64,000 nt of DNA, taken from NCBI GenBank assembly GCA_964057225.1, contig OZ059896.1, positions 3,782,001 through 3,846,000 of the forward strand. Reading direction: 5' to 3'. Positions within the stretch are counted from its first letter, which is position 1. Each line of letters starts with the position of its first letter. The notes beneath the pieces were generated by a model, which was not told the origin of the DNA, did not search any database, and was given only the letters and a program-made list of their open reading frames with translations. Origin of the DNA: Auanema rhodensis. Taxonomy: Eukaryota > Animalia > Nematoda. The position numbers and the translations under genes are program-made. Below, in pieces: positions 15,001-28,500 of this stretch.

Positions 15001-18000
15001 ATAAATTAAAGTTCACGTAAATTTCAAAGTCATGGTTACCATGCACCAATATCAATAAAAATTTGTTTTTAGACTAATATGGACATGGGGAATCTAATTT
15101 TGAAAACCGCATCTCTTTATCTTTCACGTGAAGCGAGTTACATACCAAGTGCACATCACGTGTACATTTAATTAGCATAAATTAAAGTTCACGTAAATTT
15201 CAAAGTCATGGTTACCATGAACCAATGTCAATAAAAATTTGTTTTTAGACTAATATGGACATGGGGAATCTAATTTTGAAAACCGCATCTCTTTATCTCT
15301 CAGGTGAAGCGAGTTACATACCAAGTGCACATCACGTGTACAATTAATTAGCATAAATTAAAGTTCACGTAAATTTCAAAGTCATGGTTACCATGCACCA
15401 ATATCAATAAAAATTTGTTTTTAGACTAATATGGACATGGGGAATCTAATTTTGAAAACCGCATCTCTTTATCTTTCACGTGAAGCGAGTTACATACCAA
15501 GTGCACATCACGTGTACATTTAATTAGCATAAATTAAAGTTCACGTAAATTTCAAAGTCATGGTTACCATGAACCAATATCCATAAAAATTTGTTTTTAG
15601 ACTAATATGGACATGGGGAATCTAATTTTGAAAACCGCATCTCTTTATCTTTCACGTGAAGCGAGTTACATACCAAGTGCACATCACGTGTACATTTAAT
15701 TAGCATTAATTAAAGTTCACGTAAATTTCAAAGTCATGGTTACCATGAACCAATATCAATAAAAATTTGTTTGTGAACTAATATGGACATGGGGAATCTA
15801 ATTTTGAAAACCGCATCTCTTCATCTTTCACGTGAAGCGAGTTACATACCAAGTGCACATCACGTGTACATTTAATTAGCATAAATTAAAGTTCACGTAA
15901 ATTTCAAAGTCATGGTTACCATGCACCAATATCAATAAAAATTTGTTTTTAGACTAATATGGACATGGGGAATCTAATTTTGAAAACCGCATCTCTTTAT
16001 CTCTCACGTGAAGCGAGTTACATACCAAGGGCACATCACGTGTACATTTAATTAGCATTAATTAAAGTTCACGTAAATTTCAAAGTCATGGTTACCATGA
16101 ACCAATATCAATAAAAATTTGTTTGTGAACTAATATGGACATGGGGAATCTAATTTTGAAAACCGCATCTCTTCATCTTTCACGTGAAGCGAGTTACATA
16201 CCGAGTGCACATCACGTGTACATTTAATTAGCATAAATTAAAGTTCACGTAAATTTCAAAGTCATGGTTACCATGAACCAATATCAATAAAAATTTGTTT
16301 TTAGACTAATATGGACATGGGGAATCTAATTTTGAAAACCGCATCTCTTTATCTTTCACGTGAAGCGAGTTACATACCAAGTGCACATCACGTGTACATT
16401 TAATTAGCATTAATTAAAGTTCACGTAAATTTCAAAGTCATGGTTACCATGAACCAATGTCAATAAAAATTTGTTTTTAGACTAATATGGACATGGGGAA
16501 TCTAATTTTGAAAACCGCATCTCTTTATTTTTCACGTGAAGCGAGTTACATACCAAGTGCACATCACGTGTACATTTAATTAGCATAAATTAAAGTTCAC
16601 GTAAGTTTCAAAGTCATGGTTACCATGAACCAATATCAATAAAAATTTGTTTTTAGACTAATATGGACATGGGGAATCTAATTTTGAAAACCGCATCTCT
16701 TTATCTTTCACGTGAAGCGAGTTACATACCAAGTGCACATCACGTGTACATTTAATTAGCATAAATTAAAGTTCACGTAAATTTCAAAGTCATGGTTACC
16801 ATGCACCAATATCAATAAAAATTTGTTTTTAGACTAATATGGACATGGGGAATCTAATTTTGAAAACCGCATCTCTTTATCTCTCAGGTGAAGCGAGTTA
16901 CGTACCAAGTGCACATCACGTGTACAATTAATTAGCATAAATTAAAGTTCACGTAAATTTCAAAGTCATGGTTACCATGCACCAATATCAATAAAAATTT
17001 GTTTTTAGACTAATATGGACATGGGAAATCTAATTTTGAAAACCGCATCTCTTTATTTTTCACGTGAAGCGAGTTACATACCAAGTGCACATCACGTGTA
17101 CATTTAATTAGCATAAATTAAAGTTCACGTAAATTTCAAAGTCATGGTTACCATGAACCAATATCAATAAAAATTTGTTTTTAGACTAATATGGACATGG
17201 GGAATCTAATTTCGAAAACCGCATCTATTTATCTTTCACGTGAAGCGAGTTACATACCAAGTGCACATCACGTGTACAATTAATTAGCATAAATTAAAGT
17301 TCACGTAAATTTCAAAGTCATGGTTACCATGAACCAATATCAATAAAAATTTGTTTTTAGACTAATTTGGACATGGGGAATCTAATTTTGAAAACCGCAT
17401 CTATTTATCTTTCACGTGAAGCGAGTTACATACCAAGTGCACATCACGTGTACATTTAATTAGCATTAATTAAAGTTCACGTAAATTTCAAAGTCATGGT
17501 TACCATGAACCAATATCAATAAAAATTTGTTTTTAGACTAATATGGACATGGGGAATCTAATTTCGAAAACCGCATCTATTTATCTTTCACGTGAAGCGA
17601 GTTACATACCAAGTGCACATCACGTGTACATTTAATTAGCATGAATTAAAGTTCACGTAAATTTCAAAGTCATGGTTACCATGAACCAATATCAATAAAA
17701 ATTTGTTTTTAGACTAATATGGACATGGGGAATCTAATTTTGAAAACCGCATCTATTTATCTTTCACGTAAAGCGAGTTACATACCAAGTGCACATCACG
17801 TGTACATTTAATTAGCATAAATTAAAGTTCACGTAAATTTCAAAGTCATGGTTACCATGCACCAATATCAATAAAAATTTGTTTTTAGACTAATATGGAC
17901 ATGGGAAATCTAATTTTGAAAACCGCATCTCTTCATCTTTCACGTGAAGCGAGTTACATACCGAGTGCACATCACGTGTACATTTAATTAGCATAAATTA

Positions 18001-21000
18001 AAGTTCACGTAAATTTCAAAGTCATGGTTACCATGAACCAATATCAATAAAAATTTGTTTTTAGACTAATATGGACATGGGGAATCTAATTTTGAAAACC
18101 GCATCTCTTTATCTTTCACGTGAAGCGAGTTACATACCAAGTGCACATCACGTGTACATTTAATTAGCATAAATTAAAGTTCACGTAAATTTCAAAGTCA
18201 TGGTTACCATGAACCAATATCAATAAAAATTTGTTTTTAGACTAATATGGACATGGGGAATCTAATTTTGAAAACCGCATCTCTTTATTTTTCACGTGAA
18301 GCGAGTTACATACCAAGTGCACATCACGTGTACATTTAATTAGCATAAATTAAAGTTCACGTAAATTTCAAAGTCATGGTTACCATGAACCAATATCAAT
18401 AAAAATTTGTTTTTAGACTAATATGGACATGGGGAATCTAATTTCGAAAACCGCATCTATTTATCTTTCACGTGAAGCGAGTTACATACCAAGTGCACAT
18501 CACGTGTACAATTAATTAGCATAAATTAAAGTTCACGTAAATTTCAAAGTCATGGTTACCATGCACCAATATCAATAAAAATTTGTTTTTAGACTAATAT
18601 GGACATGGGGAATCTAATTTTGAAAACCGCATCTCTTTATCTCTCAGGTGAAGCGAGTTACATACCAAGTGCACATCACGTGTACAATTAATTAGCATAA
18701 ATTAAAGTTCACGTAAATTTCAAAGTCATGGTTACCATGCACCAATATCAATAAAAATTTGTTTTTAGACTAATATGGACATGGGAAATCTAATTTTGAA
18801 AACCGCATCTCTTTATTTTTCACGTGAAGCGAGTTACATACCAAGTGCACATCACGTGTACATTTAATTAGCATAAATTAAAGTTCACGTAAATTTCAAA
18901 GTCATGGTTACCATGAACCAATATCAATAAAAATTTGTTTTTAGACTAATTTGGACATGGGGAATCTAATTTTGAAAACCGCATCTATTTATCTTTCACG
19001 TGAAGCGAGTTACATACCAAGTGCACATCACGTGTACATTTAATTAGCATAAATTAAAGTTCACGTAAATTTCAAAGTCATGGTTACCATGAACCAATAT
19101 CAATAAAAATTTGTTTTTAGACTAATATGGACATGGGGAATCTAATTTCGAAAACCGCATCTATTTATCTTTCACGTGAAGCGAGTTACATACCAAGTGC
19201 ACATCACGTGTACATTTAATTAGCATAAATTAAAGTTCACGTAAATTTCAAAGTCATGGTTACCATGAACCAATATCAATAAAAATTTGTTTTTAGACTA
19301 ATTTGGACATGGGGAATCTAATTTTGAAAACCGCATCTATTTATCTTTCACGTGAAGCGAGTTACATACCAAGTGCACATCACGTGTACATTTAATTAGC
19401 ATAAATTAAAGTTCACGTAAATTTCAAAGTCATGGTTACCATGAACCAATATCAATAAAAATTTGTTTTTAGACTAATATGGACATGGGGAATCTAATTT
19501 CGAAAACCGCATCTATTTATCTTTCACGTGAAGCGAGTTACATACCAAGTGCACATCACGTGTACAATTAATTAGCATAAATTAAAGTTCACGTAAATTT
19601 CAAAGTCATGGTTACCATGCACCAATATCAATAAAAATTTGTTTTTAGACTAATATGGACATGGGGAATCTAATTTTGAAAACCGCATCTCTTTATCTCT
19701 CAGGTGAAGCGAGTTACATACCAAGTGCACATCACGTGTACAATTAATTAGCATAAATTAAAGTTCACGTAAATTTCAAAGTCATGGTTACCATGCACCA
19801 ATATCAATAAAAATTTGTTTTTAGACTAATATGGACATGGGAAATCTAATTTTGAAAACCGCATCTCTTTATTTTTCACGTGAAGCGAGTTACATACCAA
19901 GTGCACATCACGTGTACATTTAATTAGCATAAATTAAAGTTCACGTAAATTTCAAAGTCATGGTTACCATGAACCAATATCAATAAAAATTTGTTTTTAG
20001 ACTAATTTGGACATGGGGAATCTAATTTTGAAAACCGCATCTATTTATCTTTCACGTGAAGCGAGTTACATACCAAGTGCACATCACGTGTACATTTAAT
20101 TAGCATAAATTAAAGTTCACGTAAATTTCAAAGTCATGGTTACCATGAACCAATATCAATAAAAATTTGTTTTTAGACTAATATGGACATGGGGAATCTA
20201 ATTTCGAAAACCGCATCTATTTATCTTTCACGTGAAGCGAGTTACATACCAAGTGCACATCACGTGTACATTTAATTAGCATAAATTAAAGTTCACGTAA
20301 ATTTCAAAGTCATGGTTACCATGAACCAATATCAATAAAAATTTGTTTTTAGACTAATTTGGACATGGGGAATCTAATTTTGAAAACCGCATCTATTTAT
20401 CTTTCACGTGAAGCGAGTTACATACCAAGTGCACATCACGTGTACATTTAATTAGCATTAATTAAAGTTCACGTAAATTTCAAAGTCATGGTTACCATGA
20501 ACCAATATCAATAAAAATTTGTTTTTAGACTAATATGGACATGGGGAATCTAATTTCGAAAACCGCATCTATTTATCTTTCACGTGAAGCGAGTTACATA
20601 CCAAGTGCACATCACGTGTACATTTAATTAGCATGAATTAAAGTTCACGTAAATTTCAAAGTCATGGTTACCATGAACCAATATCAATAAAAATTTGTTT
20701 TTAGACTAATATGGACATGGGGAATCTAATTTTGAAAACCGCATCTATTTATCTTTCACGTAAAGCGAGTTACATACCAAGTGCACATCACGTGTACATT
20801 TAATTAGCATAAATTAAAGTTCACGTAAATTTCAAAGTCATGGTTACCATGCACCAATATCAATAAAAATTTGTTTTTAGACTAATATGGACATGGGAAA
20901 TCTAATTTTGAAAACCGCATCTCTTTATTTTTCACGTGAAGCGAGTTACATACCAAGGGCACATCACGTGTACATTTAATTAGCATAAATTAAAGTTCAC

Positions 21001-22528
21001 GTAAATTTCAAAGTCATGGTTACCATGCACCAATATCAATAAAAATTTGTTTTTAGACTAATATGGACATGGGAAATCTAATTTTGAAAACCGCATCTCT
21101 TTATTTTTCACGTGAAGCGAGTTACATACCAAGTGCACATCACGTGTACATTTAATTAGCATAAATTAAAGTTCACGTAAATTTCAAAGTCATGGTTACC
21201 ATGAACCAATATCAATAAAAATTTGTTTTTAGACTAATTTGGACATGGGGAATCTAATTTTGAAAACCGCATCTATTTATCTTTCACGTGAAGCGAGTTA
21301 CATACCAAGTGCACATCACGTGTACATTTAATTAGCATAAATTAAAGTTCACGTAAATTTCAAAGTCATGGTTACCATGAACCAATATCAATAAAAATTT
21401 GTTTTTAGACTAATATGGACATGGGGAATCTAATTTCGAAAACCGCATCTATTTATCTTTCACGTGAAGCGAGTTACATACCAAGTGCACATCACGTGTA
21501 CATTTAATTAGCATAAATTAAAGTTCACGTAAATTTCAAAGTCATGGTTACCATGAACCAATATCAATAAAATTTTGTTTTTAGACTAATTTGGACATGG
21601 GGAATCTAATTTTGAAAACCGCATCTATTTATCTTTCACGTGAAGCGAGTTACATACCAAGTGCACATCACGTGTACATTTAATTAGCATAAATTAAAGT
21701 TCACGTAAATTTCAAAGTCATGGTTACCATGAACCAATATCAATAAAAATTTGTTTTTAGACTAATATGGACATGGGGAATCTAATTTCGAAAACCGCAT
21801 CTATTTATCTTTCACGTGAAGCGAGTTACATACCAAGTGCACATCACGTGTACATTTAATTAGCATGAATTAAAGTTCACGTAAATTTCAAAGTCATGGT
21901 TACCATGAACCAATATCAATAAAAATTTGTTTTTAGACTAATATGGACATGGGGAATCTAATTTTGAAAACCGCATCTATTTATCTTTCACGTAAAGCGA
22001 GTTACATACCAAGTGCACATCACGTGTACATTTAATTAGCATAAATTAAAGTTCACGTAAATTTCAAAGTCATGGTTACCATGAACCAATATCAATAAAA
22101 ATTTGATTTTAGACTAATATGGACATGGGGAATCTAATTTTGGAAACCGCATCTCTTTATCTTTCACGTGAAGCGAGTTACATACCAAGTGCACATCACG
22201 TGTACATTTAATTAGCATGAATTAAAGTTCACGTAAATTTCAAAGTCATGGTTACCATGAACCAATATCAATAAAAATTTGTTTTTAGACTAATATGGAC
22301 ATGGGGAATCTAATTTCGAAAACCGCATCTATTTATCTTTCACGTGAAGCGAGTTACATACCAAGTGCACATCACGTGTACATTTAATTAGCATAAATTA
22401 AAGTTCACGTAAATTTCAAAGTCATGGTTACCATGAACCAATATCAATAAAAATTTGTTTTTAGACTAATATGGACATGGGGAATCTAATTTCGAAAACC
22501 GCATCTCTTTATCTTTCACGTGAAGCGA
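1..22528. repeat. 176-bp tandem satellite array, 128 monomers in window, runs off the left edge
   Basis: GTTACATACC recurs at 1, 177, 881, 2641 and so on. The last monomer ends ...TGAAGCGA at 22528 = 128 x 176, so there are no net indels. Monomers differ by a few recurrent substitutions. Consensus is about 32% GC (hand count). Confidence 0.99.
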
Positions 22529-25500
22529 GCGTTTCTCAATGTAGTATAGTGCATTCGATGCGGATTTTTAAGCTGCGTCGATCTGTACTATCAGATTTGC
22601 GCTAGCTTGAAAATGCACCGAGATATCAACTGATATAAGTTCACACTTATATCCTCGATTTTCACCCTGAAGAATTAATTTTTTCGTTGAATAACATTGT
22701 CCATCGTTTTTGCCTCGAAAAAAGGAATCTAAAAACATCTACTTTTCGCTAAATTATTTTGAAATTTTTCGAAAAAATTTTTGTCAAAATGTTTTTGGAA
22801 GCAATTTTGAGTGTACATGGAAACTCAACATACACTAATGCATCATTTTTCAAACGATCATAACTTATTTTTGTATTAAGCGTTTCTCAATGTAGTATAG
22901 TGCATTCGATGCGGATTTTTAAGCTGCGTCGATCTGTACTATCAGATTTGCGCTAGCTTGAAAATGCACCGAGATATCAACTGATATAAGTTCACACTTA
23001 TATCCTCGATTTTCACCCTGAAGAATTAATTTTTTCGTTGAATAACATTGTCCATCGTTTTTGCCTCGAAAAAAGGAATCTAAAAACATCTACTTTTCGC
23101 TAAATTATTTTGAAATTTTTCGAAAAAATTTTTGTCAAAATGTTTTTGGAAGCAATTTTGAGTGTACATGGAAACTCAACATACACTAATGCATCATTTT
23201 TCAAACGATCATAACTTATTTTTGTATTAAGCGTTTCTCAATGTAGTATAGTGCATTCGATGCGGATTTTTAAGCTGCGTCGATCTGTACTATCAGATTT
23301 GCGCTAGCTTGAAAATGCACCGAGATATCAACTGATATAAGTTCACACTTATATCCTCGATTTTCACCCTGAAGAATTAATTTTTTCGTTGAATAACATT
23401 GTCCATCGTTTTTGCCTCAAAAAAAGGAATCTAAAAACATCTACTTTTCGCTAAATTATTTTGAAATTTTTCGAAAAAATTTTTGTCAAAATGTTTTTGG
23501 AAGCAATTTTGAGTGTACATGGAAACTCAACATACACTAATGCATCATTTTTCAAACGATCATAACTAATTTTTGTATTAAGCGTTTCTCAATGTAGTAT
23601 AGTGCATTCGATGCGGATTTTTAAGCTGCGTCGATTTGTACTATCAGATTTGCGCTAGCTTTAAAATGCACCGAGATATCAACTGATATAAGTTCACACC
23701 TATATCCTCGATTTTCACCCTGAAGAATTAATTTTTTCGTTGAATAACATTGTCCATCGTTTTTGCCTTGAAAAAAGGAATCTAAAAACATCTACTTTTT
23801 GCTAAATTATTTTGAAATTTTTCGAAAAAATTTTTGTCAAAATGTTTTTGGAAGCAATTTTGAGTGTACATGGAAACTCAACATACACTAATGCATCATT
23901 TTTCAAACGATCATAACTTATTTTTGTATTAAGCGTTTCTCAATGTAGTATAGTGCATTCGATGCGGATTTTTAAGCTGCGTCGATCTGTACTATCAGAT
24001 TTGCGCTAGCTTGAAAATGCACCGAGATATGAACTGATATAAGTTCACACTTATATCCTCGATTTTCACCCTGAAGAATTAATTTTTTCGTTGAATTACA
24101 TTGTCCATCGTTTTTGCCTTGAAAAAAGGAATCTAAAAACATCTACTTTTCGCTATATTATTTTGAAATTTTTCGAAAAAATTTTTGTCAAAATGTTTTT
24201 GGAAGCAATTTTGAGTGTACATGGAAACTCAACATACACTAATGCATCATTTTTCAAACGATCATAACTAATTTTTGTATTAAGCGTTTCTCAATGTAGT
24301 ATAGTGCATTCGATGCGGATTTTTAAGCTGCGTCGATTTGTACTATCAGATTTGCGCTAGCTTGAAAATGCACCGAGATATCAACTGATATAAGTTCACA
24401 CCTATATCCTCGATTTTCACCCTGAAGAATTAATTTTTTCGTTGAATAACATTGTCCATCGTTTTTGCCTTGAAAAAAGGAATCTAAAAACATCTACTTT
24501 TTGCTAAATTATTTTGAAATTTTTCGAAAAAATTTTTGTCAAAATGTTTTTGGAAGCAATTTTGAGTGTACATGGAAACTCAACATACACTAATGCATCA
24601 TTTTTCAAACGATCATAACTTATTTTTGTATTAAGCGTTTCTCAATGTAGTATAGTGCATTCGATGCGGATTTTTAAGCTGCGTCGATCTGTACTATCAG
24701 ATTTGCGCTAGCTTGAAAATGCACCGAGATATGAACTGATATAAGTTCACACTTATATCCTCGATTTTCACCCTGAAGAATTAATTTTTTCGTTGAATTA
24801 CATTGTCCATCGTTTTTGCCTTGAAAAAAGGAATCTAAAAACATCTACTTTTCGCTATATTATTTTGAAATTTTTCGAAAAAATTTTTGTCAAAATGTTT
24901 TTGGAAGCAATTTTGAGTGTACATGGAAACTCAACATACACTAATGCATCATTTTTCAAACGATCATAACTAATTTTTGTATTAAGCGTTTCTCAATGTA
25001 GTATAGTGCATTCGATGCGGATTTTTAAGCTGCGTCGATCTGTACTATCAGATTTGCGCTAGCTTGAAAATGCACCGAGATATCAACTGATATAAGTTCA
25101 CACTTATATCCTCGATTTTCACCCTGAAGAATTAATTTTTTCGTTGAATAACATTGTCCATCGTTTTTGCCTCAAAAAAAGGAATCTAAAAACATCTACT
25201 TTTCGCTAAATTATTTTGAAATTTTTCGAAAAAATTTTTGTCAAAATGTTTTTGGAAGCAATTTTGAGTGTACATGGAAACTCAACATACACTAATGCAT
25301 CATTTTTCAAACGATCATAACTAATTTTTGTATTAAGCGTTTCTCAATGTAGTATAGTGCATTCGATGCGGATTTTTAAGCTGCGTCGATTTGTACTATC
25401 AGATTTGCGCTAGCTTGAAAATGCACCGAGATATCAACTGATATAAGTTCACACCTATATCCTCGATTTTCACCCTGAAGAATTAATTTTTTCGTTGAAT

Positions 25501-28500
25501 AACATTGTCCATCGTTTTTGCCTTGAAAAAAGGAATCTAAAAACATCTACTTTTTGCTAAATTATTTTGAAATTTTTCGAAAAAATTTTTGTCAAAATGT
25601 TTTTGGAAGCAATTTTGAGTGTACATGGAAACTCAACATACACTAATGCATCATTTTTCAAACGATCATAACTTATTTTTGTATTAAGCGTTTCTCAATG
25701 TAGTATAGTGCATTCGATGCGGATTTTTAAGCTGCGTCGATCTGTACTATCAGATTTGCGCTAGCTTGAAAATGCACCGAGATATGAACTGATATAAGTT
25801 CACACTTATATCCTCGATTTTCACCCTGAAGAATTAGTTTTTTCGTTGAATTACATTGTCCATCGTTTTTGCCTTGAAAAAAGGAATCTAAAAACATCTA
25901 CTTTTCGCTATATTATTTTGAAATTTTTCGAAAAAATTTTTGTCAAAATGTTTTTGGAAGCAATTTTGAGTGTACATGGAAACTCAACATACACTAATGC
26001 ATCATTTTTCAAACGATCATAACTAATTTTTGTATTAAGCGTTTCTCAATGTAGTATAGTGCATTCGATGCGGATTTTTAAGCTGCGTCGATCTGTACTA
26101 TCAGATTTGCGCTAGCTTGAAAATGCACCGAGATATCAACTGATATAAGTTCACACCTATATCCTCGATTTTCACCCTGAAGAATTAATTTTTTCGTTGA
26201 ATAACATTGTCCATCGTTTTTGCCTTGAAAAAAGGAATCTAAAAACATCTACTTTTCGCTAAATTATTTTGAAATTTCGAAAAAATTTTCGTCAAAATGT
26301 TTTTGGAAGCAATTTTGAGTGTACATGGAAACTCAACATACACTAATGCATCATTTTTCAAACGATCATAACTTATTTTTGTATTAAGCGTTTCTCAATG
26401 TAGTATAGTGCATTCGATGCGGATTTTTAAGCTGCGTCGATCTGTACTATCAGATTTGCGCTAGCTTGAAAATGCACCGAGATATCAACTGATATAAGTT
26501 CACACTTATATCCTCGATTTTCACCCTGAAGAATTAATTTTTTCGTTGAATAACATTGTCCATCGTTTTTGCCTCGAAAAAAGGAATCTAAAAACATCTA
26601 CTTTTCGCTAAATTATTTTGAAATTTTTCGAAAAAATTTTTGTCAAAATGTTTTTGGAAGCAATTTTGAGTGTACATGGAAACTCAACATACACTAATGC
26701 ATCATTTTTCAAACGATCATAACTTATTTTTGTATTAAGCGTTTCTCAATGTAGTATAGTGCATTCGATGCGGATTTTTAAGCTGCGTCGATCTGTACTA
26801 TCAGATTTGCGCTAGCTTGAAAATGCACCGAGATATGAACTGATATAAGTTCACACTTATATCCTCGATTTTCACCCTGAAGAATTAATTTTTTCGTTGA
26901 ATTACATTGTCCATCGTTTTTGCCTTGAAAAAAGGAATCTAAAAACATCTACTTTTCGCTAAATTATTTTGAAATTTTTCGAAAAAATTTTTGTCAAAAT
27001 GTTTTTGGAAGCAATTTTGAGTGTACATGGAAACTCAACATACACTAATGCATCATTTTTCAAACGATCATAACTAATTTTTGTATTAAGCGTTTCTCAA
27101 TGTAGTATAGTGCATTCGATGCGGATTTTTAAGCTGCGTCGATCTGTACTATCAGATTCGCGCTAGCTTGAAAATGCACCGAGATATCAACTGATATAAG
27201 TTCACACTTATATCCTCGATTTTCACCCTGAAGAATTAATTTTTTCGTTGAATAACATTGTCCATCGTTTTTGCCTCGAAAAAAGGAATCTAAAAACATC
27301 TACTTTTCGCTAAATTATTTTGAAATTTTTCGAAAAAATTTTTGTCAAAATGTTTTTGGAAGCAATTTTGAGTGTACATGGAAACTCAACATACACTATT
27401 GCATCATTTTTCAAACGATCATAACTAATTTTTGTATTAAGCTTTTCTTAATGTAGTATAGTGCATTCGATGCGGATTTTTAAGCTGCGTCGATCTGTAC
27501 TATCAGATTTGCGCTAGCTTGAAAATGCACCGAGATATGAACTGATATAAGTTCACACTTATATCCTCGATTTTCACCCTGAAGAATTAATTTTTTCGTT
27601 GAATTACATTGTCCATCGTTTTTGCCTTGAAAAAAGGAATCTAAAAACATCTACTTTTCGCTAAATTATTTTGAAATTTTTCGAAAAAATTTTTGTCAAA
27701 ATGTTTTTGGAAGCAATTTTGAGTGTACATGGAAACTCAACATACACTAATGCATCATTTTTCAAACGATCATAACTAATTTTTGTATTAAGCGTTTCTC
27801 AATGTAGTATAGTGCATTCGATGCGGATTTTTAAGCTGCGTCGATCTGTACTATCAGATTTGCGCTAGCTTGAAAATGCACCGAGATATCAACTGATATA
27901 AGTTCACACCTATATCCTCGATTTTCACCCTGAAGAATTAATTTTTTCGTTGAATAACATTGTCCATCGTTTTTGCCTTGAAAAAAGGAATCTAAAAACA
28001 TCTACTTTTTGCTAAATTATTTTGAAATTTTTCGAAAAAATTTTTGTCAAAATGTTTTTGGAAGCAATTTTGAGTGTACATGGAAACTCAACATACACTA
28101 ATGCATCATTTTTCAAACGATCATAACTTATTTTTGTATTAAGCGTTTCTCAATGTAGTATAGTGCATTCGATGCGGATTTTTAAGCTGCGTCGATCTGT
28201 ACTATCAGATTTGCGCTAGCTTGAAAATGCACCGAGATATCAACTGATATAAGTTCACACTTATATCCTCGATTTTCACCCTGAAGAATTAATTTTTTCG
28301 TTGAATAACATTGTCCATCGTTTTTGCCTCGAAAAAAGGAATCTAAAAACATCTACTTTTCGCTAAATTATTTTGAAATTTTTCGAAAAAATTTTTGTCA
28401 AAATGTTTTTGGAAGCAATTTTGAGTGTACATGGAAACTCAACATACACTAATGCATCATTTTTCAAACGATCATAACTTATTTTTGTATTAAGCGTTTC

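Noticed and set aside
22529-22879. 351-mer as a simple dimer of the 176-mer or of its own halves
   Set aside because: The halves share only CGTTT at offset 175 and no continuous alignment is visible by eye.
22529-22879. 5S rRNA, SL RNA or tRNA tandem gene unit
   Set aside because: No recognisable 5S or SL1 (GGTTTAATTACCCAAG) sequence, and no tRNA A/B boxes or cloverleaf seen in any monomer.
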